Counted from the stretch's first letter, positions 35,759-50,024 are shown. The stretch: DNA of 64,000 bases from Octopus vulgaris (GCA_951406725.2 OX597816.1:131936001-132000000); one strand, 5' to 3'. Program-made: numbers and translations. The notes: a model not told the origin generated them from the letters alone.

Positions 35759-36320
35759 TCAAACATATAAGGGATGGCCATAATAGGACATCCGACTCAC
35801 TAGAAAGAGCAGTAAAACTCCAAACCACTAATAGTTGTAATTCTGAAATGGAAAGAGAAATAAAAACGTTTACCCTATCCTTTCTGGACTATGCATAGTT
35901 TCGGCAATCTTTTGTAAATAAAATAAATTTATTTCCGACCAGCATTGCCTCTTCAGCAGAAAGCCAAGGACTAGCATATAGGCACGAGGCGATAATAACC
36001 ATGCCTCGAGTCTATATGCTGAGAAAACCACTCGAGAGTGGTGGATTTTGAAAAGTTATAGCATATAGACTCGAGGCATGGTTATTATCGCATTGTGCTA
36101 TATGCTAGTCCTTGGCTTTCTGCTGAAGAGGCAACGCCAGTCGGAAATAAATTTATTTTATTTACAAAAGATTGCCGAAACTATGCATAGTCCAGAAAGG
36201 ATAGGGTAAACGTTTTTATTTCTCTTTCCATTTCAGAATTACAACTATTAGTGGTTTGGAGTTTTACTGCTCTTTCTAGTGAGTCGGATGTCCTATTATG
36301 GCCATCCCTTATATGTTTGA
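35759..36320. mobile_element. Fold-back element with ~260-bp near-identical inverted arms, each with a canonical HHR
   Basis: 35759-36020 is the reverse complement of 36060-36320 with a 39-bp spacer; (TA)n-flanked. Confidence 0.9.
36116..36199 (+). ncRNA. Canonical type I hammerhead ribozyme (mirror copy 35880-35963 on -)
   Basis: CTTTCTG-CTGAAGA-GGCAA(...)TTGCC-GAAA-CTATGCATAG-TC-CAGAAAG: 7-bp stem I, intact CUGANGA/GAAA core, GUC site and palindromic stem III. Confidence 0.9.
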
Positions 36321-36978
36321 TTATATATATATATATATATATATATATCTATATATATATATATATATATATAGCAATAATTATAATGATATAGAACATG
36401 GAAAGTATGTAGTCCTCAAAATTTATTTCCCTTTTTTTACGTACCAGCTTCCAGGAATGTGTTTAGTATGTAAATTAGTAAATCCAGTAACATGACACCA
36501 CTATGTAATGGCTGAAATACAGCATAAACGCCCATTATCCATTTTTTCATCCTCAATCTCATTGTTTGTTTACATCTGACGTCTTGGATACAATATGGAA
36601 TGTCATAACAAAGTCAGTACTGGCTGTAATTTCTTTAGGAAATCTGTAGAAATGACCTTAACATGTGATTTACGTGCACTGCTAACACAGTAGTCCATGG
36701 TATTGACTTATAAAAACATTTAGTATACTTTATAGCATATTATGGTTTCATAACAAAATACAGTGTGCCTACAAGTTATTAATAAAATTCCTTCATCCAA
36801 GGAAATGGAAGGGATAGTAAGAGACAAAGAACTGATAATGTAAAAGTTCTAGCAGCTAACTTAGATAAATTATTGGGACACACTGATAAAGAAGTAAAGG
36901 CCAACCAGGGAGTAATAAAAGTCACAAAATAGTAGTTACATGTGAAAAGAAAAAGATGCAAATATATGTATGTATATG

Positions 36979-37010
<32 letters not shown>

Positions 37011-37250
37011 TGTATGTATGTATGTATGTATGTATGTATGTATGTATGTATGTATGTATCTATCTGTCTATCTATCTATCTATCTATCTAACTATACACA
37101 TACACACGTGCACACACACACAAATGCATAAAAAATGTAAAATAAACCAAGAGGATGACAAAAATGAAGACTGAAATAGAAAAGACAATAAAAAAATAAA
37201 TGTATTTAGCTAACATCAAATAAAAACTATGCGTAAAATGTCTCATTCTT

Positions 37251-38185
<935 letters not shown>

Positions 38186-38190
38186 ATATG

Positions 38191-38285
<95 letters not shown>

Positions 38286-38298
38286 GTATATATATATA

Positions 38299-40738
38299 TC
38301 ATCATCATCATCATTTAGCGTCCGTTTTCCATGCTAGCATGGGTTGGACGGTTCTGCTGGGGTCTGTGAAGCCAGAAGGCTTCATCAGGCCCAGTCAAAT
38401 CTGGCAGTGTTTCTACGGCTGGATGCCCTTCCTAACGCCAACCACTCCGTGAGTGTAGTGGGTGCTTTTTACGTGCCACCCGCACTGGTGCCAGCCAGAG
38501 CTGGCAAACGGCCACGAACGGATGGTGTTTTTTATGTGCCACCGGCACGAGGGCCAGGCGAGGCTGGCAACGAACACGAAACGGGGCGGTGCTGGCAACG
38601 GTCGCGAAACGGAAGGTTCTCTTACATGTCACCGGCACTGGTAACACATCTGCAATTTCCATTGATCGATTTCCATTGATCGATTTCGATTCTGATCCTC
38701 ACTTGCCTCAACACGTCTTCACAAGTAGAGTTTTGTGTCCCAAGAAGGGAAGGTATGCATACGTAGGCTGGCTCCATCCCATGTAGAAGGCCACGGGTTG
38801 TGGACTCACTTGTCCTGCCGGGTCTTCTCGCGCACAGCACACTTCCAGAGGTCTCGGTCTCTAGTCATTTCCTCGGTGAGACCTAAAGTTCGAAGGTCGT
38901 GCTTCACCACCTCGTCCCAGGTTTTCCTGGGTCTGCCTCTTCCACAGGTTCCCTCAACCGCTAGGGTCTGGCACTTTTTCACACAACTATCTTCATCCAT
39001 TCTCGCCACATGACCATACCAGCGCAAACGTCTCTCTTGCACACCACAACTGATGCTTCTTAGGTCCAGCTTTTCTCTCAAGGTACTTACACTCTGCCGA
39101 GTGTGAGTACTGGCATTACACATCCATCGGAGCATACTGGCTTCATTTCTAGCGAGCTTACGCATATCCTCAGCAGTCACGGCCCATGTTTCACTGCCAT
39201 GTAGCATGGCTGTTCGTACACACGCATCATACAGTCTGCCTTTCACTCTGTGCGAGAGGCCTTTTGTCACCAGCAGAGGTAAGAGCTCTCTGAACTTTGC
39301 CCAAGCTATTCTTACTCTAGCAGTTACACTTTCAGCACACCCGCCCCCGCTGCTGACTTGGTCACCTAGGTAACGGAAACTATCAACTATTTCTAGTTTT
39401 TCTCCTTGGAAAGTGACAGAAGTTGGTCTCAGAGCATTTTCAGTGTTTATTGTTCCTGAGCATCTGCCACATACAAAAACCATCTTCCTAGTTAGCCTTC
39501 CTTTGACATTGCTGCATCTCTTATGTGTCCATAGCTTACACTTGGTGCATCTTATAGAGTTTCTACCTACACCTTTTCTACAGATCGAGCAGGGCCATCT
39601 ACCTGAAGGTGTTTGTGATTTGTCTACCTTCCTACTGATTACGACTTTGGTTTTAGCTAGATTGACTCTGAGGCCCTTCGATTCTAATCCTTGTTTCCAC
39701 ACCTGAAACTTCTCCTCCAGTTCTGATAGCGACTCAGCAATTAGAGCAAGGTCATCAGCATAGAGGAGCTCCCAAGGGCATCCTGTCTTGAATTCCTCCG
39801 TTATTGCCTGGAGGACTATGATAAATAGGAGGGGGCTGAGTACTGAGCCTTGGTGGACCCCTACCTCTACCCGGAATTCTTCACTGTACTCATTTCCAAC
39901 CCTCACCCTACTAGCGGCGTCCCTATACATGGCCCGCACAGCTCTCACTAACCATTCATCTATCCCTAGTTTTCTCATTGCCCACCAGATAAGGGATCGG
40001 GGGACCCTGTCGAAGGCTTTCTCCATGTCAACAAAAGCCAGGTACAGGGGCTTATCTTTGGCTAGGTATTTCTCCTGCAGCTGCCTTACCAGGAATATAG
40101 CATCAGTAGTACTTTTCCCTGGCACAAACCCAAACTGCATCTCATCTAAACTAACTCTCTCTCTAATTAGTTGGGCTATGACCCTCTCCGTAACCTTCAT
40201 CACCTGGTCCAACAGCTTGATACCTCTGTAGTTGTTTGTATCTAGGGCATCACCTTTACCTTTGTAGCAGTTGACTATTATACTGCTACACCAGTCATTG
40301 GGTATGACCCCTTTGTGTATCACCTGATTAACTATATGGGTGACTAGGCTATAGCCGACACTACCAGACATTTTGAGCATCTCTGCAGTGATTCCTGATG
40401 GGCCTGGGGCTTTCCCTGTCTTCATGCTTCTAATTGCCTTAGCTACCACAGAACTATCAACTCGGATAGCTGGTCCCTCTGTTGGGTCAACATTCGGCAG
40501 ACTCTCTTTATCCCATTCATTTTCTTCATTCAGCAACCTTTCATAGTGGCATCTCCAAACCTCTCTCTTTGCATCCTCATTTAGCGCAAGTGAACCATCT
40601 TCCATGCGAACACACTTCTCTCCTACCACATCACGATTCTCTCTCACACACTGTCTTGCAACACGAAACACCTCCAGTCTTTGGTCCTCACGGCGCAGAA
40701 CATTGGCAAATTTTTTGGCAATGAACATTGGCAAATTT
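38299..40738 (-). mobile_element. Young 5'-truncated RTE-clade LINE in (TA)n
   Basis: Open RT frame, 3' UTR and (GAT)n tail; the endonuclease domain is missing. Confidence 0.93.
38806..40716 (-). CDS. RTE LINE reverse transcriptase + Cys-rich (PHD-like) domain; uninterrupted but 5'-truncated
   Basis: [61 protein letters not shown]; CSIC...CTKC..WTHKRC...CGRC; FRYLG; RRLRWYGHV; GRGRPRKTW. Confidence 0.88.
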   Translation of the reverse strand, partial: KKFANVLRREDQRLEVFRVARQCVRENRDVVGEKCVRMEDGSLALNEDAKREVWRCHYERLLNEENEWDKESLPNVDPTEGPAIRVDSSVVAKAIRSMKTGKAPGPSGITAEMLKMSGSVGYSLVTHIVNQVIHKGVIPNDWCSSIIVNCYKGKGDALDTNNYRGIKLLDQVMKVTERVIAQLIRERVSLDEMQFGFVPGKSTTDAIFLVRQLQEKYLAKDKPLYLAFVDMEKAFDRVPRSLIWWAMRKLGIDEWLVRAVRAMYRDAASRVRVGNEYSEEFRVEVGVHQGSVLSPLLFIIVLQAITEEFKTGCPWELLYADDLALIAESLSELEEKFQVWKQGLESKGLRVNLAKTKVVISRKVDKSQTPSGRWPCSICRKGVGRNSIRCTKCKLWTHKRCSNVKGRLTRKMVFVCGRCSGTINTENALRPTSVTFQGEKLEIVDSFRYLGDQVSSGGGCAESVTARVRIAWAKFRELLPLLVTKGLSHRVKGRLYDACVRTAMLHGSETWAVTAEDMRKLARNEASMLRWMCNASTHTRQSVSTLREKLDLRSISCGVQERRLRWYGHVARMDEDSCVKKCQTLAVEGTCGRGRPRKTWDEVVKHDLRTLGLTEEMTRDRDLWKCAVREKTRQDK

Positions 40739-40832
<94 letters not shown>

Positions 40833-40875
40833 TACATGCATACATACATATATACGCTACATATATATATATATC

Positions 40876-40970
40876 GTCTGTAGAAAACATAAATCCGGAG
40901 AAGAAACACATTCTAAGAAGGCCGGTTTATGGGATTACCCAGGGTAATCCCATAAACTGGCCTTCCCCAA
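40876..40970. repeat. Fragment of the 19264-19930 family with a 49-bp palindrome (40917-40965)
   Basis: GAAGGCCGGTTTATGGGATTACCC-A-GGGTAATCCCATAAACTGGCCTTC. 40881-40918 matches the reverse complement of ~19884-19920. Confidence 0.8.
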
Positions 40971-41164
40971 TAAAAAAAATACATATATATTTATTTAAGA
41001 TGTATTCCGTTGGCATCAAAGTCACAGCTTCACTAACAGGGTAACAATTGTATATCACCTGAGGAGATATAATAGGATCCCATATACAGGTAAACCGTTG
41101 CTTACTTTAAATCCTGTGTATATGTGGATCTATGTTGCATCGAAACATGTGTAATATTTATTAA

Positions 41165-41775
41165 ATAAATTTCTTTATTGGGCACACAGGGCTAGACACA
41201 GAGGGGACAATTACAATGTAGAGTTTTTCTTTTCAAGGGGGGGGGGGGCGAAAACAAAGTAAAAAAAACAAAAATAGGGACAATGATCAAAAGGGATTGA
41301 AATCGTTGGGGATATATGCAAAAAATGTCGAAATAGTACAAAAAGTTCCCAAGAAATGGGGAGGTTTATCTGTGGAAAGAAAAACCTACGAAAAGACCAC
41401 AGTAACTCAGGCAATTACATCACATATTAACATATTTATTTACAAACAAGTAACTCTCTGTTTTAAATTTTTACAGTTCATAGGATCATGCTCAAGGTGG
41501 TTTCGTCATTCATACATGTCATCCTTGCTATATTCACCTTTCTTTTTTTGAAACAGTCGCTAGACAAAACTTCCCTCTCTACACTCACCTTCCTTTTCAA
41601 GTGATACTTGTAAAAGTTGATGAGAAATTGACCAGAGAGGGAAGTGTTTGTCTCTAATCCTTTCAGATACATTCTTTTGCCATAGCCACAAGTATTATGA
41701 AAATAGCTCTTCCTTCCCGTTTGAAGGAAGGAGGCATGATGATAGCTGTCTAACCATATTCCTTCTTGTTGACTC
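41165..41775 (-). mobile_element. Probable L1/Tx1-like LINE 3' end
   Basis: Basic C-terminal peptide (ORF 41478..41672), T-rich 3' UTR and AATAAA + A-rich end on the minus strand. Family assignment is by resemblance only. Confidence 0.4.
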
Positions 41776-42074
41776 TATTTTATTCAATTTTATACACACA
41801 CACACACACACATGTCTCAAAATATCTTGAATGTTTTAGATCAAATTCTTTTGACTACTATAAGTGCTGGCATGGCTATATGGTTAGGATGTTTGCTTTT
41901 CAACCATATGGGTTTGGGTTCAGATCCACTGCATCTGTCCATCAATGATTGCATATGTTGTTTGTTGTTTTGTTCCTTCTCACAGGTGAGCTGCTAGATG
42001 CGGGAGGAAAGAGAGAGAGAAAGTTGTGGTGGAAGAGTCAGCAGTGGAACTTAGGTGTTTTGCTCATAAACACA

Positions 42075-42155
42075 CACATTGCCCAGTCTGACATTTGAAC
42101 CCACACTCCTTCGATTGTGAGTCCACTGCTCTAACCACTAGGCCATGTGCCTTCA
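42075..42155 (-). mobile_element. tRNA-like SINE head (second family; also ~53395-53452)
   Basis: GGCACATGGCCTAGTGGTTAGAGC...GGGTTCAAATG (A and B boxes). I could not build a complete cloverleaf. Confidence 0.6.
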
Positions 42156-43080
42156 CGGTTGTATATGTGGAAGATTCTAATTTGGTAATCATATTAGTCC
42201 ACATTTATGAATGAACTCCATTCAATAAATAAATTTCACTAAAGAAGTATAAGAATTTTTCCATATTATAATGGATGAGATTCTGTTTTCCTTGAAGCAG
42301 TTCTTACTACAGCTAGCCATAGATCACAACTGGAAATTGATTTTTTTCAGACAAACTAGAATAGACTATGATATATACCTTGTTCAGGAATGCACAAAGT
42401 GAGGAGGCAGGTGAACGGCAGCATTGATTGAGTAGCAAAAATGACTTGTGGCATTTGGTTAAATTTCTTTACATTCTGAGTTCAGATCTTGTGGCTAGCT
42501 CTCCTTTTCATCTTTCTGGGAGGAAAGGTCCATAAAATAGGTTACAGTGAAATATTGGAGTAAATCTTAATTGACTTCACCTACCACCAACATATGTGGC
42601 CTTCTGATTTTTATAGAAATAATTGTTTAGTGTAAGGAAGAGGTGGGGTGATATTTTAACCATTGCAGGAACACACTTTCCTGATTCTGCATTGATGAGA
42701 TCAACACAGTTGATATACATTTTTATTCTTTTACTTGTTCCTGTCATTGGACTGTTGCCATGCTGGAACCTGATTGCAAAGTGATTGGTCAATCGAATTG
42801 GACCCAACACTTCTTTTTAAGTTTTTAAGTCTGGTGCTTATTTTATCAGTCTCTGGTATGTTTCTTGTTGAACAGCTAAGAAATGATGCCTATAAGCAAA
42901 CCAAGACTGGTTGTCAAATGGTGAGAAAGAAACAGAAACTCAGAAGACACGTGTGTGCACATTACGATGTGTGTATGCCTGAGATTGTACACACATATGT
43001 TTGTATGTGTACGTGTAAATGTGTGTATCTATCGTCATCATCATCATCGTCGTCGTCGTCACCATCATCGTCGTCGTCTT

Positions 43081-45772
43081 AAAATCATTAACAGGTATGA
43101 AGACTGTGTACCATGTGCAAGCCATTCGCTCAACCTTGTTTGGTAAAAGGCAGTGTCTTCTGTACCTGAAGTTGTTGACTATTTTGGCATCTTGCAGCAG
43201 CTGTATATTTTCTTGAATCTCCTCAAAGATGGGGGATTTTGAGCACACAGGGCAATCTAGCCTTTTCACTTAAGTGCCTAAGTGTAATTAGATGGTCTGC
43301 ACACTATGAAGCAGTCCAGGCAATTAAAAATGGATATAGGGATATTTTACAAATTCTCAAATGTATGTTTGAAGACTCAGTAGCGAAGCCTGAATTTAAA
43401 CGAGATGTAAAGAATTTATACCATGAGTTGGTAAAATTGGAATAAGCTGTTTTAACAGTCATTTGGGAAGAAGTTATGGAGCATTTTAACGGAACAAGTA
43501 AGAAACTCCAAACGCATGGTTCTGATATATTTGAAGGTTACCTTCTGCTAGCATCTTTGCTTTCATTTGTTAAAGAACTACAAGAAAATTCAGCCAACAG
43601 GATTGCACACTATGAATCAGTAGCAAAAAGTTTATGTGAATACATCACCTCAAATTATTCTGATATTTCCAAATGCATTGTTACAAAGAAATTTGCAGAT
43701 GGAACAAGCGGCAGGGCTTCTTTGAAAGGGACTGAAAAAGTTGGGATAGTTCTAAATCAAGTCTATGACTGCTTGTTAATTCAGTTAAGCAAGAGGATGG
43801 ACCCATATGAGTAGATTGCAAACGGGTTCAAGTTTCTCTCAGAATTGATGAACAATTCAGAATTGCAGCCCTTTCTCCAGGTCCTTGATGTTGGAAGCAT
43901 TATCATATGACTAGCCATGCTCCCCCAAAAACTGTTATTTTGTTGAGCAAAATCGTGGATGAATGTTTTTCTATTGGCAAAAATGCTAAAAACCTCTTAC
44001 AGGGTTTTCCATTATAACAGTATCAAACTACAATTACAAGCTGGTCAACATGTGCTTGGTCAGGTGTGGAGTAAACAATAATTGAGTAGTGTTTCGTGAC
44101 TAGGTAGTTGATCTGATTCACCACTTCACCCTTCACATGTTTTCCCATGATTTCTATCAATTCTTCATACACAGATTTGGATAGGCAACTAATATTTACT
44201 TTTTAATTTTTACATTTCTCTAAATGTTCATGTAAAAATGGGTCAAACTCCACAATAGGCTCAATGGCCCCCGTGAAATTTCCATTGTCTGGGGAGCCCC
44301 ACATTTCCTCATGACCTCTAAATGTAAACTTCTTTCACTTAAAAACTTTATAACTGCTACAACTCTTTTTAGTACTTCAAAATAATACTGCATGATTTTT
44401 TCAGCTGTTCCTCAAATTGCTGATCTACAGTGTTTTATTTGATTTTTGTGTTAGCCAGCTCAACATCGCCCTGTTATTTTCATGCTGTCTTCATGATTTT
44501 CAAGAGTTCTGAGTATATTCATCCAATCAGAAAACCCACCCATTGTAAGTGATATTTGGCATTTAGAAAGGAGTTTGCTCTTTGAGTAAACTAACCAGGA
44601 TCTCATCACAGTCTGACCATTTTCAATCTTTTTTTCAAAGTACTTGTTTGAGAAACTTCGATTTTGCTGTTTGTAAATATTGTTTGTAAATATTGTTGGA
44701 CTCAGTATATATATTTTCTGGTTTTTTATTTTGACAAAAAAAAAAAAACCTAATGTCTTACATTAAAATGTTTTGTATGAAATCATTATCAATCATTATC
44801 AATTGTTATGGGCCAGTTTGCCAGGTCACTGTATTATTTGAAATGACTAAATTTGCTTCCTGTTTCCTTTTTTTGCTCTCTCTTTTTTTTGAAGTTCTTG
44901 ACTATCGTGATCATCATCTGCATCAAAAGAGTCAACAGTAGGTTGATTATTGCAATACAGAGCACTCGTGGTTTGTGCACTATCATTGACCTCACTGGTG
45001 CTTGCCTGGCTTGTTTCAGTTGCAGGTGATGACAAACCTTTACTTGACATTGTAAAATAGTTTGATAGTTTTTGATATTCAGAAATTTCATTGGATTGCT
45101 TTTCCTTGAGTTGGTGTTTCTGGTATCCACTTAAGTACTTTCTTGAAGACATTGCTATTCCTCTTGGAGCCTAGACCTCAGTGTAAAAAAAAATCATGGT
45201 AATATTTGCATTAGCCACAATGAGACAGAGATTGATCAAGATAAGGGTCCACAACTTAATATAGTCATAAATGAAGAATTGTTCATTCTGTACAAGGTGA
45301 TATTCAAACAAGTTTTAAAGTAGAAAGAATGCTTTGTTACTGAACTGATTGTAAGCCCAAGATTAGGAGGCAAACCCTTTCATTGGTCATTAAATAATGG
45401 TGTGAAAATAAGAATTCTTATCTATACCATGCTGATGTAGTAGTAGACATATTTGACAATGGGAGGGGCAGGGCCGAAGTTTCCAAAATAATTCAAGCGA
45501 ATTATCTGTGAGTCGTTTGCACTTTTATTTTTTATGCTACACCACACTGGCAGACACATCAGGTGAGCAACTTGTGGCTAGACACTGCATGTCTAGACTC
45601 TGCATATGAATATGATACAATGTCCACTACGAATGGGAACAGCAATCTGCACGGCAAAATAAAAAACAAAATATTGACAGAATGAAAAAATTAAGTTGCT
45701 TCAGAGGGGCCCCTCTGGGACTAGGAGCCCTGAAGCTTAAGTTTCATTAGTTTTATGGTAGATCCGCCACTG
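43081..45772 (-). mobile_element. hAT (Tip100/ZMYM1-like) transposon remnant with an internal inversion
   Basis: TIR-like CAGTGGCGGATCT at 45772(-). N-terminus MSSRKYLSGYQK at 45152(-) and SYDNASN at ~43900(-). VPCASHSLNLV and LKCLSVIRWSAH lie on the + strand at 43081-43860. Confidence 0.8.
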
Positions 45773-46370
45773 TCTGGGACTATAAAAATGTGTATGAACT
45801 TACTAAGATTTAAAGGATGATGGTTAAAACAAGGTACCTTCCTTCACAATCTGGCTACCAAGTAGATGGCTAGACAAAATTTACTCTAAATTAAAAACAG
45901 TAAGAGAAGAAAATGCATACATACATACATACATACATACATACATACATACATACATACATACATACACACATATATTCCTTGTGTTAAGTATATACAA
46001 TGCCTGTTATTGAATACATACATCTGTATAATTAGTGGAGCATTCTTATCAAAACTTTTACCAACTACAAGCATAACAGGTCTGATAAAGTTATTTGGGA
46101 CCGGAAAGAAAAATCATGAACAGTCATAGCGGTAAGCTGCTTTGCAGATGTAATCATTTCTTTGAAAATTAGTGTGGAGAATATTTATGGATAATTCAAA
46201 TAATTAAAAAGAAAAATGAAAATACACAAACATATACATATATACATACTCATAAATTTGTAGTGCAATATATGGATTCATTCACTTGTTTAGCTTCAAC
46301 TGAAAGCTCCTCTAGTGGAGGTAGATATATATATGCATATACACACACACACAAATGCATGTGCACGCAC

Positions 46371-46408
<38 letters not shown>

Positions 46409-46437
46409 GCCTATATACATACATACACACACACATG

Positions 46438-46693
46438 CGACACATAAAAGCACCAACTGATCGTGGCCGTTTGCCAGCCTCCTCTGGCCCCTGTGCCGGT
46501 GGCACGTAAAAAGCACCCACTACACTCACCGAGTGGTTGGTGTTAGGAAGGGCATCCAGCTGTAGAAACACTGCCAGATCAGACTGGAGCCTGGTGCAGT
46601 CTCCTGACTTCCCAGACCCCGGTTGAACCGTCCAATCCATGCCAGTGTGGAAAACGGATGATAAACGATGATAATGATGATGAAGATGATGAT
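46438..46693 (+). mobile_element. RTE LINE 3' tail fragment
   Basis: One 62-bp unit, the conserved tail and degenerate (GAT)n. Confidence 0.8.
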
Positions 46694-46788
46694 ATATATA
46701 TATTGATGTAATGATTACATTTTTTAATTAAAAAGAGTTGCATGAAACAATCGTACTGCATTACCTCTGGATATCCTTGTTGCTTATT

Positions 46789-46886
<98 letters not shown>

Positions 46887-47065
46887 TATATATAACTCCA
46901 AGAAAGTTAGGGGTTGTGGGTCCAACCCACTAAAGGATAATATCTATCCAATATACTGTTGGTATAATACCCAATTATTAATACACAAGTGTTTTTCATT
47001 ACATTGCAATTAACTTACCTAGTATATTAAATGGGTGATGGTAAAGAGATATTTTACCATTAATT

Positions 47066-47225
47066 TATATTGCAAATAAGAAAATGGGGAAGCACAATAG
47101 TTGGTTTATCAACTTTAGGACATTAAAATGTTAACTTATTTCTTTATTAAAATGATTAATTATAATAACATAGATACATTGATGAACCAACTATTGTGCT
47201 TCTCCATTTTCTTATTTGCAATATA
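47066..47225. repeat. Short fold-back (~47-bp arms) beside (TA)n
   Basis: TATATTGCAAATAAGAAAATGGGGAAGCACAATAGTTGGTTTATCAA / TTGATGAACCAACTATTGTGCTTCTCCATTTTCTTATTTGCAATATA. Confidence 0.8.
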
Positions 47226-47230
47226 TATAT

Positions 47231-47268
<38 letters not shown>

Positions 47269-47588
47269 ATATATATGTATGTATATATAATATAAATGAG
47301 TAACAGTAGAGGTATAGGTGTCAATCCATTATAGCCATTTCTAACTATATATAGAGACTGTATATTTAATATAATGTACAAATTTGAATAGCTCAAGACC
47401 GGAATTCTTTACTCAGCTGGGGCAAATCGTTTACATACACTGCATGAATATCATTTGGCTGATACTTCTGTTTGATATTTACATAATATTATTGTGTATG
47501 TATATTATTCCGACCCTAACAAGGTGCCTCAATTTAAGTTCCTTATTCAACTGAATCTTATGTATATATATATATATATATATATATG

Positions 47589-47687
<99 letters not shown>

Positions 47688-47767
47688 CAATGCGAGGACG
47701 TATATATATATATATGAGTGAGTGAACAAATGAAAGAAGGGCACTCAACAAATATATATATATATAC

Positions 47768-48225
47768 TTGAACATCTACCACTCCTTCCTACTCACCCCA
47801 GCCATGTGGTCGATTTCTGTTCATCGTGCGATATTTTCCATGTAAATGTTATTACTAAAATGCCAACATCTGTCTGTGACATTGTGCGACCTTTCTTGAC
47901 CAATCGCAGGCTAATATCCAGTAAAAAGCATTGACTGTCTTCAACAGACCTCTCAGTCAAACTCTTATGGCCGAAGATTAGTATTACGTTTGAGACTCAG
48001 AGTACCAAGGAGTTTGAATAAAACTGTTTTGACCCCTGAATGGGAAGGCAAAAAATGTTGTTTAGCATGCAGCTTTGCAACAAGTTCCAAATCAACAAAT
48101 TATATCATTGTTTTAATGAAAATTGTTCATTGCTTGAAAAATATTGGTCAAGTTTAATACAATTTAATATGTACTCAATGCATGAAGAGTCATTGTTGGG
48201 CCCAAGGCCTAATGAAGAACCCTCC
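47768..48225 (+). mobile_element. Highly degenerate PLE GIY-YIG 3' remnant
   Basis: Frameshifted SHVVDFCSSCDIFHV (cf. SNVVYxIxCxxCxxxYVG) and LVLRLRLRVPRSLN (cf. the C-terminal PxGLN motif). Confidence 0.35.
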
Positions 48226-48728
48226 ATAGTTGGCGGTATATTCTCCACATCGTACAAATGATGTACCGCTCACGGCGACGCTGGAGGGAGTAAAGTTTCA
48301 AGGCTTTAAGGCGATCCCAATAATCAAGAGCAGCCTTGCCTTCAATTCGTTTAGTGAGTGCCCTCTGGGGTGACTCAATCCTGGAGATGTTTTGTCTTGT
48401 ATGGGGAGACCACAGTGGGCAGAAGTATTCAATGTGTGGCCGTACAAAGGAGGAGAAAAGTGGTATGATGACACCTTGTTCTCTGGACCGGAAAGTTCTT
48501 AAGATCCAGGAACTCATCCTACGAGCTATATCGACCTTCTTGTTGATGTGTGCACTCCAACTGAGATCGTCATCAACAATTACAGCCAGGTCTCTGATAT
48601 TGTTAGAAGCTGTGAACAGTTCCCCTGAAGGAAGAGAGTATGGTTGTTTTAGTGAGGAATTTCTTCCAAAATGCATCAGCTCAAATTTTCCCTCATTCAG
48701 TTGCATTTTGTTTCTGTCTGCCCATTGA
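48225..48728 (-). mobile_element. CR1-clade LINE fragment (RT C-terminus)
   Basis: WADRNKMQLNEGK, IRDLAVIVDDDLSWSAHI, VRPHIEYFCPLWSP, YWDRLKALKLYSLQRRRER. Confidence 0.88.
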
Positions 48729-48823
48729 CTATATATATATATGTATATGTATATATGTATATATGTATATATGTATAATGTTGCAAAAGACAATAAGTGA
48801 CTTTATGTGTATGCTTGTCTGAA

Positions 48824-48876
<53 letters not shown>

Positions 48877-49073
48877 GTAACCGCATGTGCATCATTGGCT
48901 ATTTTCTTCCTCCATCTTCCCTTCCTTTCGACTGCCTCCGTTTCTGAAGAAGAGTAAGGCTCGAAACTTTCAATCCTCTTTCCTTCCTTTCCTGAGCTTA
49001 TGATAATACAGTACTTGTACCACTTCCTCACGTTATTGTTTTTTCTTGTTTGTTCTTCTTTGTTTGGATTCAC
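48877..49073 (+). mobile_element. HHR-like family B, diverged copy 4
   Basis: TTT-CTGAAGA-a-GAGT(aag)GCTC-GAAA-C at ~48941-48967; same 3' end ...GTTTGGATTcACTATAT. Confidence 0.6.
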
Positions 49074-50024
49074 TATATATGTATATTATATTGATGTTAA
49101 ACATCAACCTAAGGTAGAATTTAATTTATTGCTTGTCAGACTCTTTCATGATGGAAACAAGGTGGGAGGAGGGACCAGTGACCACTACCACCACCACCAC
49201 CACCACCACTACTACTACAAACCCAGCCCTTATTGAGAAGGTCTATAATTTAAAAAATACTCCACTCATGACCAACCTCTTTTATTACTCTCAACAATGT
49301 ATATATAACTACAATTATTCAACATGTTCAGTTCTAAGATAGTAAGTTTTTATTTAGACATTGGAAGATTTGGCTGCTATTTCTAGCTCATCAACTGAGG
49401 CCACATACAGGCATTCTTCTCCCTCATTAGGCTTGTAACTCATAGTAGTTAGATCCATGATGTGAAATATGTCAGCTACATTGTTCAGTTGTATTACTCC
49501 AATAATACCTCATGTTTAAAAGTCATAAAGCCAATTATTGTTTGTATGACCCGGAAAAATGTAATTTCACTGCTACATACTATTACTTAATTAGCTTTTG
49601 AATTTTTCAAGTCATGTAATCATGAGGTGTAGTGGGGAGCTACCAGCCTTTGGCCATTCCACTAACATCAGTCATGGCAAAAACAAAAAACAAAAAAAAA
49701 ACTATTGCTAAACAGTTAACTTTCTCATGTCTGTTGCACTTTTAGTTGTGGCAGTGAATCAACAGAGTTATTGCAGCATTGAATACAATGCCTTGTGGTG
49801 TTTTTTTCTGATGCTATGCATTCTATGTTCAAATCATGCCAAAGTCAACTTTACTTTACAGTCTTTCAAGTGTTGACAATGTGGCAATGTTTGTTTCTCA
49901 GCCACATAGTTTTGAGTACATTCCCAGTGTGTGCCATCAAGATCAAGTTTTGTGAGTGAATTTAGTACATAGAAGCTGAAAGAAATCCATTGTGTGTATG
50001 TATATGTATATATATATCTATAGT

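Noticed and set aside
42075-42155. Functional tRNA gene
   Set aside because: A/B boxes are present but the acceptor and T stems do not pair; it belongs to a dispersed SINE family.
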